Positions 20,132 to 29,359 of a stretch of 64,000 nucleotides of DNA are shown piece after piece. Source of the stretch: Candidatus Enterousia sp. (GTDB lineage Bacteria; Pseudomonadota; Alphaproteobacteria; Rs-D84); contig JAZLCH010000010.1 in the NCBI GenBank assembly GCA_045614145.1, positions 82,489 through 146,488 on the forward strand, written 5' to 3'. Numbering within the stretch: the first letter of the stretch is position 1; each line of letters starts with the position of its first letter. A program made the position numbers and the translations under genes. The notes under the pieces are model-generated. The model was not told the DNA's origin. It saw nothing but the letters and a program-made list of their open reading frames with translations, and made no database searches.

Positions 20132-21355
20132 ATGCGGGCACTTAAATGTCAAAAGTTGGTTTTAACAACAGGATTTCTGAACAAACTGAAATCCGACATT
20201 GATTTGCAAATAACAGATGCGGCACTGCCGGGGCTACAATGCCGGTATTCGGCCGCATCTGGACGCAAAGTGTTCTATTTGGGATATCGCGTTCGCGGTT
20301 CATATCAACAAAAGCATATAAGATTGGGCACATTGGCGGAATTTAGCTTAAATGAGATTCGCGCACGTGCGATACAAACCAAACAAGATATCGCCAACGG
20401 TCTGGACCCGCAATCAGAACAGCGCACACGCATAAAGCAAAACGAAATGGCCGCAGCACGACGTAAACAAGTCCGTGAACTAACCCCAATATTTATGGAA
20501 AAACATTGTCGCGAAAACAATCGGGAAAATACCTATCGATCAAACGAAACATTGATGCGCCTGTATATAATCCCATATCTTGGCGATAAATACATTGCGG
20601 ATATTGATCTGCGCACAATCCAGGATATGTACGATAAAATCAAAAACACAAAAACCATAGCGGTTGGATTACATGTTATGCGATTATTATCGACCTTTCT
20701 AAATTGGTGTGAAAAATACAATTATCGCACAATAAATTCAAATCCGTGCCATTTGGTTCAAAAGGCAAAATCCCCAAAGATGAACCATACGATTCTAGAT
20801 ATAGATGGTTATAAACGTTTATTTACTGCACTGGACGAGGCATTTTGCGCTGGGAAATATGCACCACAAACCATCCTGGCTATTAAAACACTTGCACTGA
20901 CAGGCTGTCGCAGTGGGGAAATAACAAGCCTGGAACTGGACGAGTTAGACCTAGAAAACGGGTATCTACGTTTAAACAAACGCAAAACAGATGCATTTAA
21001 TGTACCACTGGGCGATCCAGCAATAGAAGTTATAAAACAGGCTTTGAGAATTTGTAAAAGTAAACGATATGTATTTCATTCGCCAATCGACCATACGCGT
21101 CCATTGACAGATTTGCGTAAAGCGTTCTGGTGGGCATTGGACCGTGCCGAATTGCCACGTATGCGAATACACGATTTGCGTCATTCCTTTGCAACACTGG
21201 CAACCAGCATTGGCGAAGATATACGAATATTAAAAGACGTATTGGGACACACAAAAATCACCACAACCGAAATATACGCACACGCATCAAGTAATGCCGC
21301 ACGACGCACCGCAAACAACGTCGCCAGCATGATAACAGGATTATTTGGTGGGTAA
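20132..21355 (+). CDS. Tyrosine integrase with N-terminal arm-binding domain (P4-like)
   Basis: TDAALPGL..R..SGRK.F..YR..G arm domain; LTGCRSGE; RIHDLRHSFA; LGH..ITTT.IYAH. Confidence 0.95.
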   Translation: MRALKCQKLVLTTGFLNKLKSDIDLQITDAALPGLQCRYSAASGRKVFYLGYRVRGSYQQKHIRLGTLAEFSLNEIRARAIQTKQDIANGLDPQSEQRTRIKQNEMAAARRKQVRELTPIFMEKHCRENNRENTYRSNETLMRLYIIPYLGDKYIADIDLRTIQDMYDKIKNTKTIAVGLHVMRLLSTFLNWCEKYNYRTINSNPCHLVQKAKSPKMNHTILDIDGYKRLFTALDEAFCAGKYAPQTILAIKTLALTGCRSGEITSLELDELDLENGYLRLNKRKTDAFNVPLGDPAIEVIKQALRICKSKRYVFHSPIDHTRPLTDLRKAFWWALDRAELPRMRIHDLRHSFATLATSIGEDIRILKDVLGHTKITTTEIYAHASSNAARRTANNVASMITGLFGG

Positions 21356-21381
21356 TCTATCAAACATAAAAAACAAAGAAA

Positions 21382-22062
21382 TTACGAGGATTTTTTATAT
21401 TCTGTTGGTATGCTACGATTCCAAGAAACATCACGTTTAATTATTTTTGCAGGATTTCCGCCAAGTGCGGTCCATTCTTCTGTAAATGCCTTGGTTACAA
21501 TTGTTTCGGCACCGACAATAGTATTATTTGGCAATTTGGCATTTTTAAGCAATCTAACCCCATGCCCCAACCAACAATTGTTGCCAATAACAACGTTGCC
21601 AGGACCATTTAATACACGACCTGTCTTTCTGTCCAACACGGTATGAAAATCGGTTGCGACAATACTGATGTGCCAACCAATCATACAGTCTTGTCCAATT
21701 GTTACAGATGCGCCACTTTCACACAATTCTATATATCCACCCGTAATAGTTGTGTTTTTACCCCATTGCAAGTGTTGCTTGTTGCCATTTCTGACAAAAA
21801 CTGACAGATTGTTTATTTCTGGGCTTTCTTCAAAATGCAAAACCGCATCATCTGCAACAATTACTATTTTAGAGCCTTTGAATATAGTTTTGTCTGTCAA
21901 ACATACCGTATTGTTGTCGCCATTTATTTCTATATCCAGACCAGATATTTTCTTGTGCTTTCCCAATACAATCTGACTGCCATCGGATTGTCTGATTATA
22001 ATTTTATTGCTATTTCCAACAATTTTATACTTTCGTGGCCAACACAGTTTTATATTTTTCAT
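21382..22062 (-). CDS. Hexapeptide-repeat acyltransferase
   Basis: TIGQDCMI, TDFH, VIGNNCWLG, GGNPAKIIK. Confidence 0.88.
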   Translation of the reverse strand: MKNIKLCWPRKYKIVGNSNKIIIRQSDGSQIVLGKHKKISGLDIEINGDNNTVCLTDKTIFKGSKIVIVADDAVLHFEESPEINNLSVFVRNGNKQHLQWGKNTTITGGYIELCESGASVTIGQDCMIGWHISIVATDFHTVLDRKTGRVLNGPGNVVIGNNCWLGHGVRLLKNAKLPNNTIVGAETIVTKAFTEEWTALGGNPAKIIKRDVSWNRSIPTEYKKSS

Positions 22063-22905
22063 TTAAATATCCTTTGTATTTGGGTAACGATTAGTAATTG
22101 CAGAATTTACTTTATCGATATATTTATCCATTGAGCTGTCATTTTTAACTTCATTATGGTTGTATTCCATATAGGCAGCATCCCATGCCGTGTCTTCATT
22201 TCTAAAACGTGCGGTTTTAGAACTTAAAGCATCGCCTTTACTGCGTTTAATCAGATATTCTTCATAAGATTTAAAAATATAATGTTTGATATGCATATTA
22301 GCATATGTCCCGTTTTGCAGCCTGGCATTTGATATTGGCACGATTGGTTCACCTATTGCATTTACCGCCACATAACCATCAATAGCTGTTGGCAAATGTA
22401 GATTTTTCACTATTATGCGTCTTGGGTTTATAATGCTTTTGCACATTTCTGATGTAACATTTGGTAAATTATGAGATTTAAAGCGTTCGATTACCAATCC
22501 CGGCTGTTTAGTTTTACGACCTGAATCACCATATACCATCCACTGTAAAACAACGGCAGCTTGGTCTTCAAATTTTTCTAAATCTGTTCTTATGTTATCT
22601 GTGTCTGAATACAAAAATTCATCAATGTCAATAACTGCCAACCAATGAGTATCATGTTTATGTTTGGTTACACAATCCCTGTAAGCCGGCATTTGCATAG
22701 CAATACCTGGCCAATACGTATAATCTACAATACCGGTATCAATGTAAGGCTGTAAAACCTGTTTTATATTATCTGTACTGCCGTTATCATAGATATAGAA
22801 TTTCTCCACCCCGACAATCAAATGGTATTCTAACCATTCTGGCATATATTCTGCTTCGTTCTTGATAATACAAGTAGCAGATAAATAATATTGTGGTTTT
22901 ATCAT
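22063..22905 (-). CDS. Glycosyltransferase family 92/DUF23-like
   Basis: IIKNEAEYMPEWLEYH..VGVEKFYIYDNGSTD, WLAVIDIDEF, K.IINP. Confidence 0.85.
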   Translation of the reverse strand: MIKPQYYLSATCIIKNEAEYMPEWLEYHLIVGVEKFYIYDNGSTDNIKQVLQPYIDTGIVDYTYWPGIAMQMPAYRDCVTKHKHDTHWLAVIDIDEFLYSDTDNIRTDLEKFEDQAAVVLQWMVYGDSGRKTKQPGLVIERFKSHNLPNVTSEMCKSIINPRRIIVKNLHLPTAIDGYVAVNAIGEPIVPISNARLQNGTYANMHIKHYIFKSYEEYLIKRSKGDALSSKTARFRNEDTAWDAAYMEYNHNEVKNDSSMDKYIDKVNSAITNRYPNTKDI

Positions 22906-24326
22906 CTAAACTTTTGTTTCAATATACCGTTTTGTATCATATATTCAGCGGTTAGAGGCAATTGGTCTAAAAACGCTCTTTCATGCGATATAACCAGAAA
23001 AGCCCCAGGGTATTGAGATAGAACCGATGCAATATATTGCTTTGTTTCAATGTCAAGGTTGTTTGTTATTTCGTCCAGAATCAATAATTTTGGTGGTCGT
23101 GCAGCAATTTGTGCCAATGATAATCGTGCCTTTTCACCGCCTGACAATGTCTTGACCTTGGCGAACACTTCTTCATTTTTTCTGAATAAGAATGAATTTA
23201 GATGTTTTCTTATTTCCAAGGAATTCATGGATGGATTTCTGTCTTGAATAGTGCCTTCTACGGTTTGTTCTGAATCAAGATTTTGATAATGTTGTTCCAA
23301 ATACCCTATATCCCTGGCGGGCAACAAATGCCAATCACCATTACACGTAACCTTTGGGTCTTGCATTAACGCACGAATAAAGGTAGTTTTACCAGATGCA
23401 TTACTGCCACTGAGGGCAATCTTATCATTAGAATCAATTGAAAAATATATTTCAGACAAAACCGTTTGAGTTCCATAACCGCATTCCCCAAAAGAAACAG
23501 AGATAAGATTACTGTTTGACTGGGTATATGCGCTGTCTAAAACAAATTTTGGTCTGTATTCTTCTGGTAATCTGTTACTACCTATCTCGGTTTGAACTTC
23601 TTCTAATTTTTCACGCAACTTAGTAATTTTTGCACCAGCTTTTGCCTGGGCGTTACCAGATTTTGCATCAAAGCCCAGTTTGTCATTGTCTTTGGCTTTC
23701 TTTTTACCGGACTTTGCCATTTTTTGTGCTTCTTGCTGACGCTGAATTCTTAGTTTTTTCTTTTCTTTTTGTAATGAATCCAATGCTTTCTGCTGAACTG
23801 ACAGCTGAATTCCCTTTTCAGACATATAGTCATAGTAATTGCCAAAGAAAACATTTATGCGACCATTTTCGATATGCCAAATTTTATCAACGCATTTTGT
23901 CAGCAAATCAATATCGTGTGTTACAATTATCAGTGTTCCTTGATAATTGTTCAACATTCTCATCAATGAATATTTGGTATTTTGGTCTAGGTGATTTGTC
24001 GGCTCATCCAACACCAATACATCTGGATGGCTTGCAAGTGCATCTGAAAAAGATTTATTAAACCTTTCGCCACCACTTAGATCGGTGTGTTGTAAAACCG
24101 TTTGTGGCACATAACCAATACGTAATCCACCAACGCCAGAAACTCGTCCTGAGGTCGAATCCATATTATCTGTTAAAATTTTTAACAAAGATGATTTGCC
24201 GGTCCCGTTACGGCCAATAATACCAATACGTTCCCCAGGAAGGATTTGAGTAGAGAACCCAGAAAAACAAACCTTGTGTGGGAATTCAAGAGATAAATTC
24301 GTTATAGATATTGGTTTATGTGCCAT
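22902..24326 (-). CDS. ABC-F family ATPase
   Basis: Two ABC domains (GRNGTGKS / GSNASGKT, LSGGE x2, LDEPTNHLD, LDEITNNLD), charged linker, no TM. Confidence 0.9.
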   Translation of the reverse strand: MAHKPISITNLSLEFPHKVCFSGFSTQILPGERIGIIGRNGTGKSSLLKILTDNMDSTSGRVSGVGGLRIGYVPQTVLQHTDLSGGERFNKSFSDALASHPDVLVLDEPTNHLDQNTKYSLMRMLNNYQGTLIIVTHDIDLLTKCVDKIWHIENGRINVFFGNYYDYMSEKGIQLSVQQKALDSLQKEKKKLRIQRQQEAQKMAKSGKKKAKDNDKLGFDAKSGNAQAKAGAKITKLREKLEEVQTEIGSNRLPEEYRPKFVLDSAYTQSNSNLISVSFGECGYGTQTVLSEIYFSIDSNDKIALSGSNASGKTTFIRALMQDPKVTCNGDWHLLPARDIGYLEQHYQNLDSEQTVEGTIQDRNPSMNSLEIRKHLNSFLFRKNEEVFAKVKTLSGGEKARLSLAQIAARPPKLLILDEITNNLDIETKQYIASVLSQYPGAFLVISHERAFLDQLPLTAEYMIQNGILKQKFR

Positions 24327-24387
24327 AAACAACCTCTTATGTTTCTAGAAAGATACCGCAAAAATATGAAAAATCAATAAAATATGT

Positions 24388-25224
24388 TTAGAGAAGCTCT
24401 AGTACCCCATCGCCACCAAATAAAAGTCTGCTGATATGAAAAGCTTTATATCCGTTGTCTGACAATAATTTTTGTAATAGTTTTTGATTGTTAGAAATTT
24501 CAGCCGGCGCAGTTTCTGTTAAAGGATGTGAGATGTGTAGCAACTCTATATTGTCAAATACAACAGGTTTTCCAAGACGTAAATAACACAAAAAAGCAAA
24601 AGCATCGTCTTCACACGAATATCCGGGGTATTCAGGGAATCCGCCAATAGCATAAAAATCTGTTTTAGCAATTATGCCAAAATTGCCTATGAATGATTTT
24701 AGAAGTATTTTTACAGAATTTTGATTCTTATATCTGATTTCTGGTGCTGGTACTATTGCATCTTTTTTTAATTCTGTTAAATCTCCGCTTTTCGTTATTT
24801 TGAGTAATGCGGTTCTGTTTTTTGAAACCCAGTTCAAATCTGGCGACCATAAACGATTGGCTCCGTATCCATATATTGCATCTTGGTTGCAATAAGCTAT
24901 CAATCTCTCGATACAGTCGTTTTGCATTGGTATTGTGTCATCATCATTAAACAGAATGTACCGACTTTCTACAAATTTTACACCAAAGTTACGAGCGCCA
25001 CCGATTGTCAAATTACACGAAATTATTCTGACATCTGGCAAGCCATCACAAAATTCTTGTAATTTTGCTGTATTTTGTGCATCAGAACCATTGTTTATCA
25101 CAATTATTTGGTGCGGTTTTACTGTCTGATTCAAATAAGCGTTTATCACAAATTCAACAGCCCCGGCCTTAGTGGTATATGAATTATGAGTCAGAATCAA
25201 GACGGATATATTAGACCGTTTCAT
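24388..25224 (-). CDS. Glycosyltransferase family 2
   Basis: SVLILTHN, INNGSD, GARNFG, LFNDDD, GGFPEYPGYSCEDD. Confidence 0.85.
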   Translation of the reverse strand: MKRSNISVLILTHNSYTTKAGAVEFVINAYLNQTVKPHQIIVINNGSDAQNTAKLQEFCDGLPDVRIISCNLTIGGARNFGVKFVESRYILFNDDDTIPMQNDCIERLIAYCNQDAIYGYGANRLWSPDLNWVSKNRTALLKITKSGDLTELKKDAIVPAPEIRYKNQNSVKILLKSFIGNFGIIAKTDFYAIGGFPEYPGYSCEDDAFAFLCYLRLGKPVVFDNIELLHISHPLTETAPAEISNNQKLLQKLLSDNGYKAFHISRLLFGGDGVLELL

Positions 25225-26176
25225 TTAATAACTTCGCTAAAATTTCTTGTTTATGTTCATCTATATATTTAAATTTCTTTATATCACGTTGTAAAAGTCC
25301 TTCAAAGAAAGACTCTTTATAATCTATCAAAGAATTTTCTAGGACAGACGATTGAAGAAAACGCAAAAATGTAAATTCAAATGTATATTTTAGGTCTTGA
25401 TCGGTAACACCTGTTGTTTCTTTGCATACCACCAAGAAGTCTGCAGATTTTTTTAAATTTTCATCAGACAAATCACTATTTAGGAATGCAAACCACACAA
25501 AATTTATCATATCTTCTGCATAATGACCACGATGAACCAATTCAAAGTCTAAAACTGAGCTAATCCCGTATTTTGTGAATAATATATTCTCGTTATGAAA
25601 GTCACCATGCACAAAATCGTTGGCATCAGCCAACCAATTACGCAATGTGGTATTTTGCTTATATTTTGATAGAATTTCTTGTTTTAGTTTTATGATATTT
25701 TGTACCGTATCCCGGTATGAATCCGTGCTTTTTAATTTTTTAGCGGTGACGTCTAATTTTTTTATACTGCTATCTATATCATAATACAAATCTAAACTGT
25801 GCTTTAAATCAGGTGTAACCTGTTGTTGTTTAAATCTTTTCAACACCCTGGCAATTGGCTCATAATAACATTTTTTTATATCAACACCATGCAAAACTTT
25901 GCCTTCTAGATATGGTAATACGACAAATTTATGTTCTGAATTTATAAGCAGTGGTTTTATAAAATAGCGCTGTCGATCTGTTTTCATAATTTTATTAACA
26001 GATTGTAGCTTATCAATATAGTTATCAAACGCATTTCTTAGGAATTTTACAACATATTTTTGTTCATCATCTGTATGAACAATGTAGTTCTCTGCTGTAA
26101 AACCACCAAGCCGCTCGTCACGACAAATATGCTTTTTTAATAGCTTTTCTAGTAAGAGCTTGTATTCCTGATTCAT
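25211..26176 (-). CDS. APH/choline-kinase-like phosphotransferase
   Basis: YVVK, HGDFHNENIL, VLDFE. Confidence 0.85.
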   Translation of the reverse strand: MNQEYKLLLEKLLKKHICRDERLGGFTAENYIVHTDDEQKYVVKFLRNAFDNYIDKLQSVNKIMKTDRQRYFIKPLLINSEHKFVVLPYLEGKVLHGVDIKKCYYEPIARVLKRFKQQQVTPDLKHSLDLYYDIDSSIKKLDVTAKKLKSTDSYRDTVQNIIKLKQEILSKYKQNTTLRNWLADANDFVHGDFHNENILFTKYGISSVLDFELVHRGHYAEDMINFVWFAFLNSDLSDENLKKSADFLVVCKETTGVTDQDLKYTFEFTFLRFLQSSVLENSLIDYKESFFEGLLQRDIKKFKYIDEHKQEILAKLLNETV

Positions 26177-26257
26177 TTTATTGAATTTTATTTGTTTTTA
26201 GCCAGAAAATCAAGATTTTATTTGACTTTATGATTATTTGTTTTATGCTTTTTAAGC

Positions 26258-26851
26258 ATGAAAAAGCCGCATTTGTACTTAGATTGTGACGAGGTGTTGT
26301 TAAAAACGGCTGGTACACATGCGCTTTTTTTAGAACAACAATATGATATATCAGTAGACCAATCTCTGTATCCCAGCCAATGGTCATTTCCACCAAATAG
26401 CGGATTAGATTTCAAGAAGTCTACGGAAAACTTTATTAAATCTGATTATTTTGCAAATATTCCCGCTATGCCAAATGCAGTAGAAGCAGTCAAGTTATTG
26501 TGCGAGCACGATTATACAATGTCTATTGTAAGTTCTATTTCTAGTGATAGTATAGCACAACAAAAACGAATATCTAATTTATACGATGTTTTTGGTAATT
26601 CATTTTATGAAATCCAGTTATTGCCTTTGGGCTGGGCAAATAAAATAGCTTTTTATCAATCGAAACCGCATGGAATCGTTATTGACGACAGTATTTTTAA
26701 TATACAAGATGCTATTAAATGCGGTCATGAAGCAGTGTTTATACGAATTCCCCAGAATAAATCACATCATGAATTAGCCAAACAACAATGTATAACATCG
26801 AATTCCAGCCTGTTCGATTGGGTAAAAAATCAGACCATTAAACAAAGGTAA
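26258..26851 (+). CDS. HAD phosphatase, 5'(3')-nucleotidase-like
   Basis: LYLDCDEVL (DxD), P.PNAVEA, IVSS, K, IDDS. Confidence 0.8.
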   Translation: MKKPHLYLDCDEVLLKTAGTHALFLEQQYDISVDQSLYPSQWSFPPNSGLDFKKSTENFIKSDYFANIPAMPNAVEAVKLLCEHDYTMSIVSSISSDSIAQQKRISNLYDVFGNSFYEIQLLPLGWANKIAFYQSKPHGIVIDDSIFNIQDAIKCGHEAVFIRIPQNKSHHELAKQQCITSNSSLFDWVKNQTIKQR

Positions 26852-26855
26852 AAGT

Positions 26856-28166
26856 GTGCAAATAACAGTTTATCCTTCTAAACCACGAAATAATACAGTT
26901 GTTAGCATCGGTGGACACAAGCATTCTTTTGTTCAGATTTTATCAGCAGCAGTGATATTAAAACGGGAGTGCACGATACACAACGTTCCTAAAACAGATG
27001 ACGTGCTAATACTAAAGCAAATTATTCGCGATTTAGGTGGGGTAGCATCTTTTAGAAACCACAAATTTTATCTTAACCCAAAAGACATAAAATACAAGGT
27101 CCCATCGGTTGATTTGTGTAATAAAATACATGGTGCATTATATTTCCTGTTTGCTTTAGCGATACGTTTTCACCGGTTTCCTTTGCTGGATACAGGGGGC
27201 TGTCAGATTGGAAAAAACAAGGCACGTCCCAATGATCATTTATTGGAAATATTAAATCTATTTGGAAAAACAGAACAACTGAATGATGTAGAGTTCTCGT
27301 TCCAGCCATATAACAAGCAAAATATACGCTTAAACATTATGCGTTTTTCTGATAGTTATTTCCGTTTGTCAGGGGAAAAAATTAGCAGCGCGACCAAATT
27401 GGCTATTTTAGCCTCTCTTACGAACAAATATCATAAAACAGTTATAAAGAATCCATACATAAAGACAGATGTGTTAGATTTATTAGATTTTGTGGCTAAA
27501 GATGGACATGTTGTATCCAGCGATAAAAAACATATAACTATTACCCCAAAACAAACAAAGCGTCCTGCAAACATTGACTTCACAATATCTGATTGCCAAA
27601 GTGAAGTTTTTACATTTATCACCTTGGCCCTTGTAAACAACATCAAACTAATATTACAGGTAAATTCAGCAGATAATGTTAACCGCATATTGTATCACGA
27701 ACTTAAAGCACTGCGAAAAATGGGCATCAATATACAATTTCAAGAACACCAAATAATTATACCCAATAATCAAGTAATAAAGTCTAAAAATATAGTAATT
27801 AAACAAAATCAAATTCAAAGCGATCATCAGCCCTTTTTTGCACTATTATTGTTACATGGGAATAAGTCAGCAACAATTCGTGAAGAGGTATGGCAGTCTC
27901 GTTTTGAATATGCAAAAGAATTATGTAAACTGGGGCATAAAATAGATTTCGATACGGGACGAATAACAGTTCATCCTACAAAGCGTATCAAAAACAACAC
28001 GAGAACCGTACTTTGCGCCACAGACACTCGTGCGGCTGCTGTGTTGGCAATCGCAGCGATTAAACCGGGAAAGACAACTGCCATTAAACACTTTGAACAT
28101 GTCAACCGTGGGTACGAGGATTTTATTAAGAAATTACAACAAATTGGGGTAAATATATCACAATGA
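26856..28166 (+). CDS. Divergent MurA/NikO-like enolpyruvyl transferase
   Basis: GGHKHS, NVP..DDV, GGCQIG..RP (active-site Cys), SDHQP, SRF, TDTRAA, RGYE. Confidence 0.8.
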   Translation: MQITVYPSKPRNNTVVSIGGHKHSFVQILSAAVILKRECTIHNVPKTDDVLILKQIIRDLGGVASFRNHKFYLNPKDIKYKVPSVDLCNKIHGALYFLFALAIRFHRFPLLDTGGCQIGKNKARPNDHLLEILNLFGKTEQLNDVEFSFQPYNKQNIRLNIMRFSDSYFRLSGEKISSATKLAILASLTNKYHKTVIKNPYIKTDVLDLLDFVAKDGHVVSSDKKHITITPKQTKRPANIDFTISDCQSEVFTFITLALVNNIKLILQVNSADNVNRILYHELKALRKMGINIQFQEHQIIIPNNQVIKSKNIVIKQNQIQSDHQPFFALLLLHGNKSATIREEVWQSRFEYAKELCKLGHKIDFDTGRITVHPTKRIKNNTRTVLCATDTRAAAVLAIAAIKPGKTTAIKHFEHVNRGYEDFIKKLQQIGVNISQ

Positions 28167-29359
28167 AAATACTGTCTGTTCTAAATATTTCTAATAAAGA
28201 AAATATAACCTGTGATTCTGGTTATATTTTTCAGGCTGTGCTTGCAGAAGAATTTAACAAAAATGGGCACGAATATATTGTTGCGGGCTCTAATTGTAAG
28301 CAATTTAGAAAAGCAAAAATTCCACACACCAAAAAGGTCTATTTACCATTGGGGACAAATAAATATAGTGCCAGATTTGATTTTGATTCTAGGTATTTTT
28401 ATAAACTGCTAGACAAAATAAAACCGGATATTATTTTTAATACCCAAGCAGAATTAACACCCGCTATAAAATCTGTACTGGCATGGAATAAATTAAATAT
28501 ACCTGTGGTAACCTATTGTCATTATCCCGCATTATGGGCCAATAAACCGAATTCATCAATCCCGGAATTAGACCAAAGTTTAAATTCCGAAAAATTGTGT
28601 ACGCCTATTTTAATGAACATACTAAGCGCCCTACAAATATCTGATGCTTTTATAATACAAAGCAAATTTGCCAAAGAATTATTAGAAAAGGCAGCAAAAT
28701 TTCACAATATAAAATATAGTAGAAGTAGATTTTTTGTCATAGCACCACCGGCAGACGAAAAGTTCTTGGAATATATATATACAAATGAACCTGATAGAAA
28801 TTTTGTATACAACCACAGATTGTATAAGACATACGGAACAGAAAAATTTATAACTATATTCAAAAAGTTGAACAAGAAATATGGTGTTAATTGCTCTGTT
28901 CTAGACCCTATGCAAAAACGTTCTAAACAACGTTCCGCACACAACAATACCCCGGCTGAATATTTACAACAAATGGCTCAAACGCAGGGATTCATTGTTG
29001 AGAGAAACAATAAGAACAGAAATGAATACAAGCGAATTTTATCAAAATCTCTTGCAGGTTTTGCTCCATTAAGACCGGCCTGCGTTTGGTCTATGGCCGC
29101 AATGGATTGTATGGGACTGGGAATTCCTGTAATTGCGCCAAATATGGCCGCGTTTCCCGAATTTATACCACAAAAACTGCTGTATAAAAATCAATCTGAA
29201 TTAGAAAATATTGTTAAAAACATTATCGAAGACAGCGCTTTCAGACAATCAATGTCTAGACAATGCTTTGATATAGCAAAGAAATATTCTGCAAAAAACA
29301 TTGCAGGCAAATTAGAAAGTGCTTTCAAACAAGTATTGGATAAAACATGTATGGAATAA
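28163..29359 (+). CDS. GT-B (family 4-like) glycosyltransferase
   Basis: KPDII, YCHYP, YNHRL, WSMAAMDCMGLGIPVIAP...FPE. Confidence 0.8.
   Translation: MKILSVLNISNKENITCDSGYIFQAVLAEEFNKNGHEYIVAGSNCKQFRKAKIPHTKKVYLPLGTNKYSARFDFDSRYFYKLLDKIKPDIIFNTQAELTPAIKSVLAWNKLNIPVVTYCHYPALWANKPNSSIPELDQSLNSEKLCTPILMNILSALQISDAFIIQSKFAKELLEKAAKFHNIKYSRSRFFVIAPPADEKFLEYIYTNEPDRNFVYNHRLYKTYGTEKFITIFKKLNKKYGVNCSVLDPMQKRSKQRSAHNNTPAEYLQQMAQTQGFIVERNNKNRNEYKRILSKSLAGFAPLRPACVWSMAAMDCMGLGIPVIAPNMAAFPEFIPQKLLYKNQSELENIVKNIIEDSAFRQSMSRQCFDIAKKYSAKNIAGKLESAFKQVLDKTCME

Noticed and set aside
26856-28166. Housekeeping murA
   Set aside because: Highly divergent motifs, island location and non-peptidoglycan neighbours.
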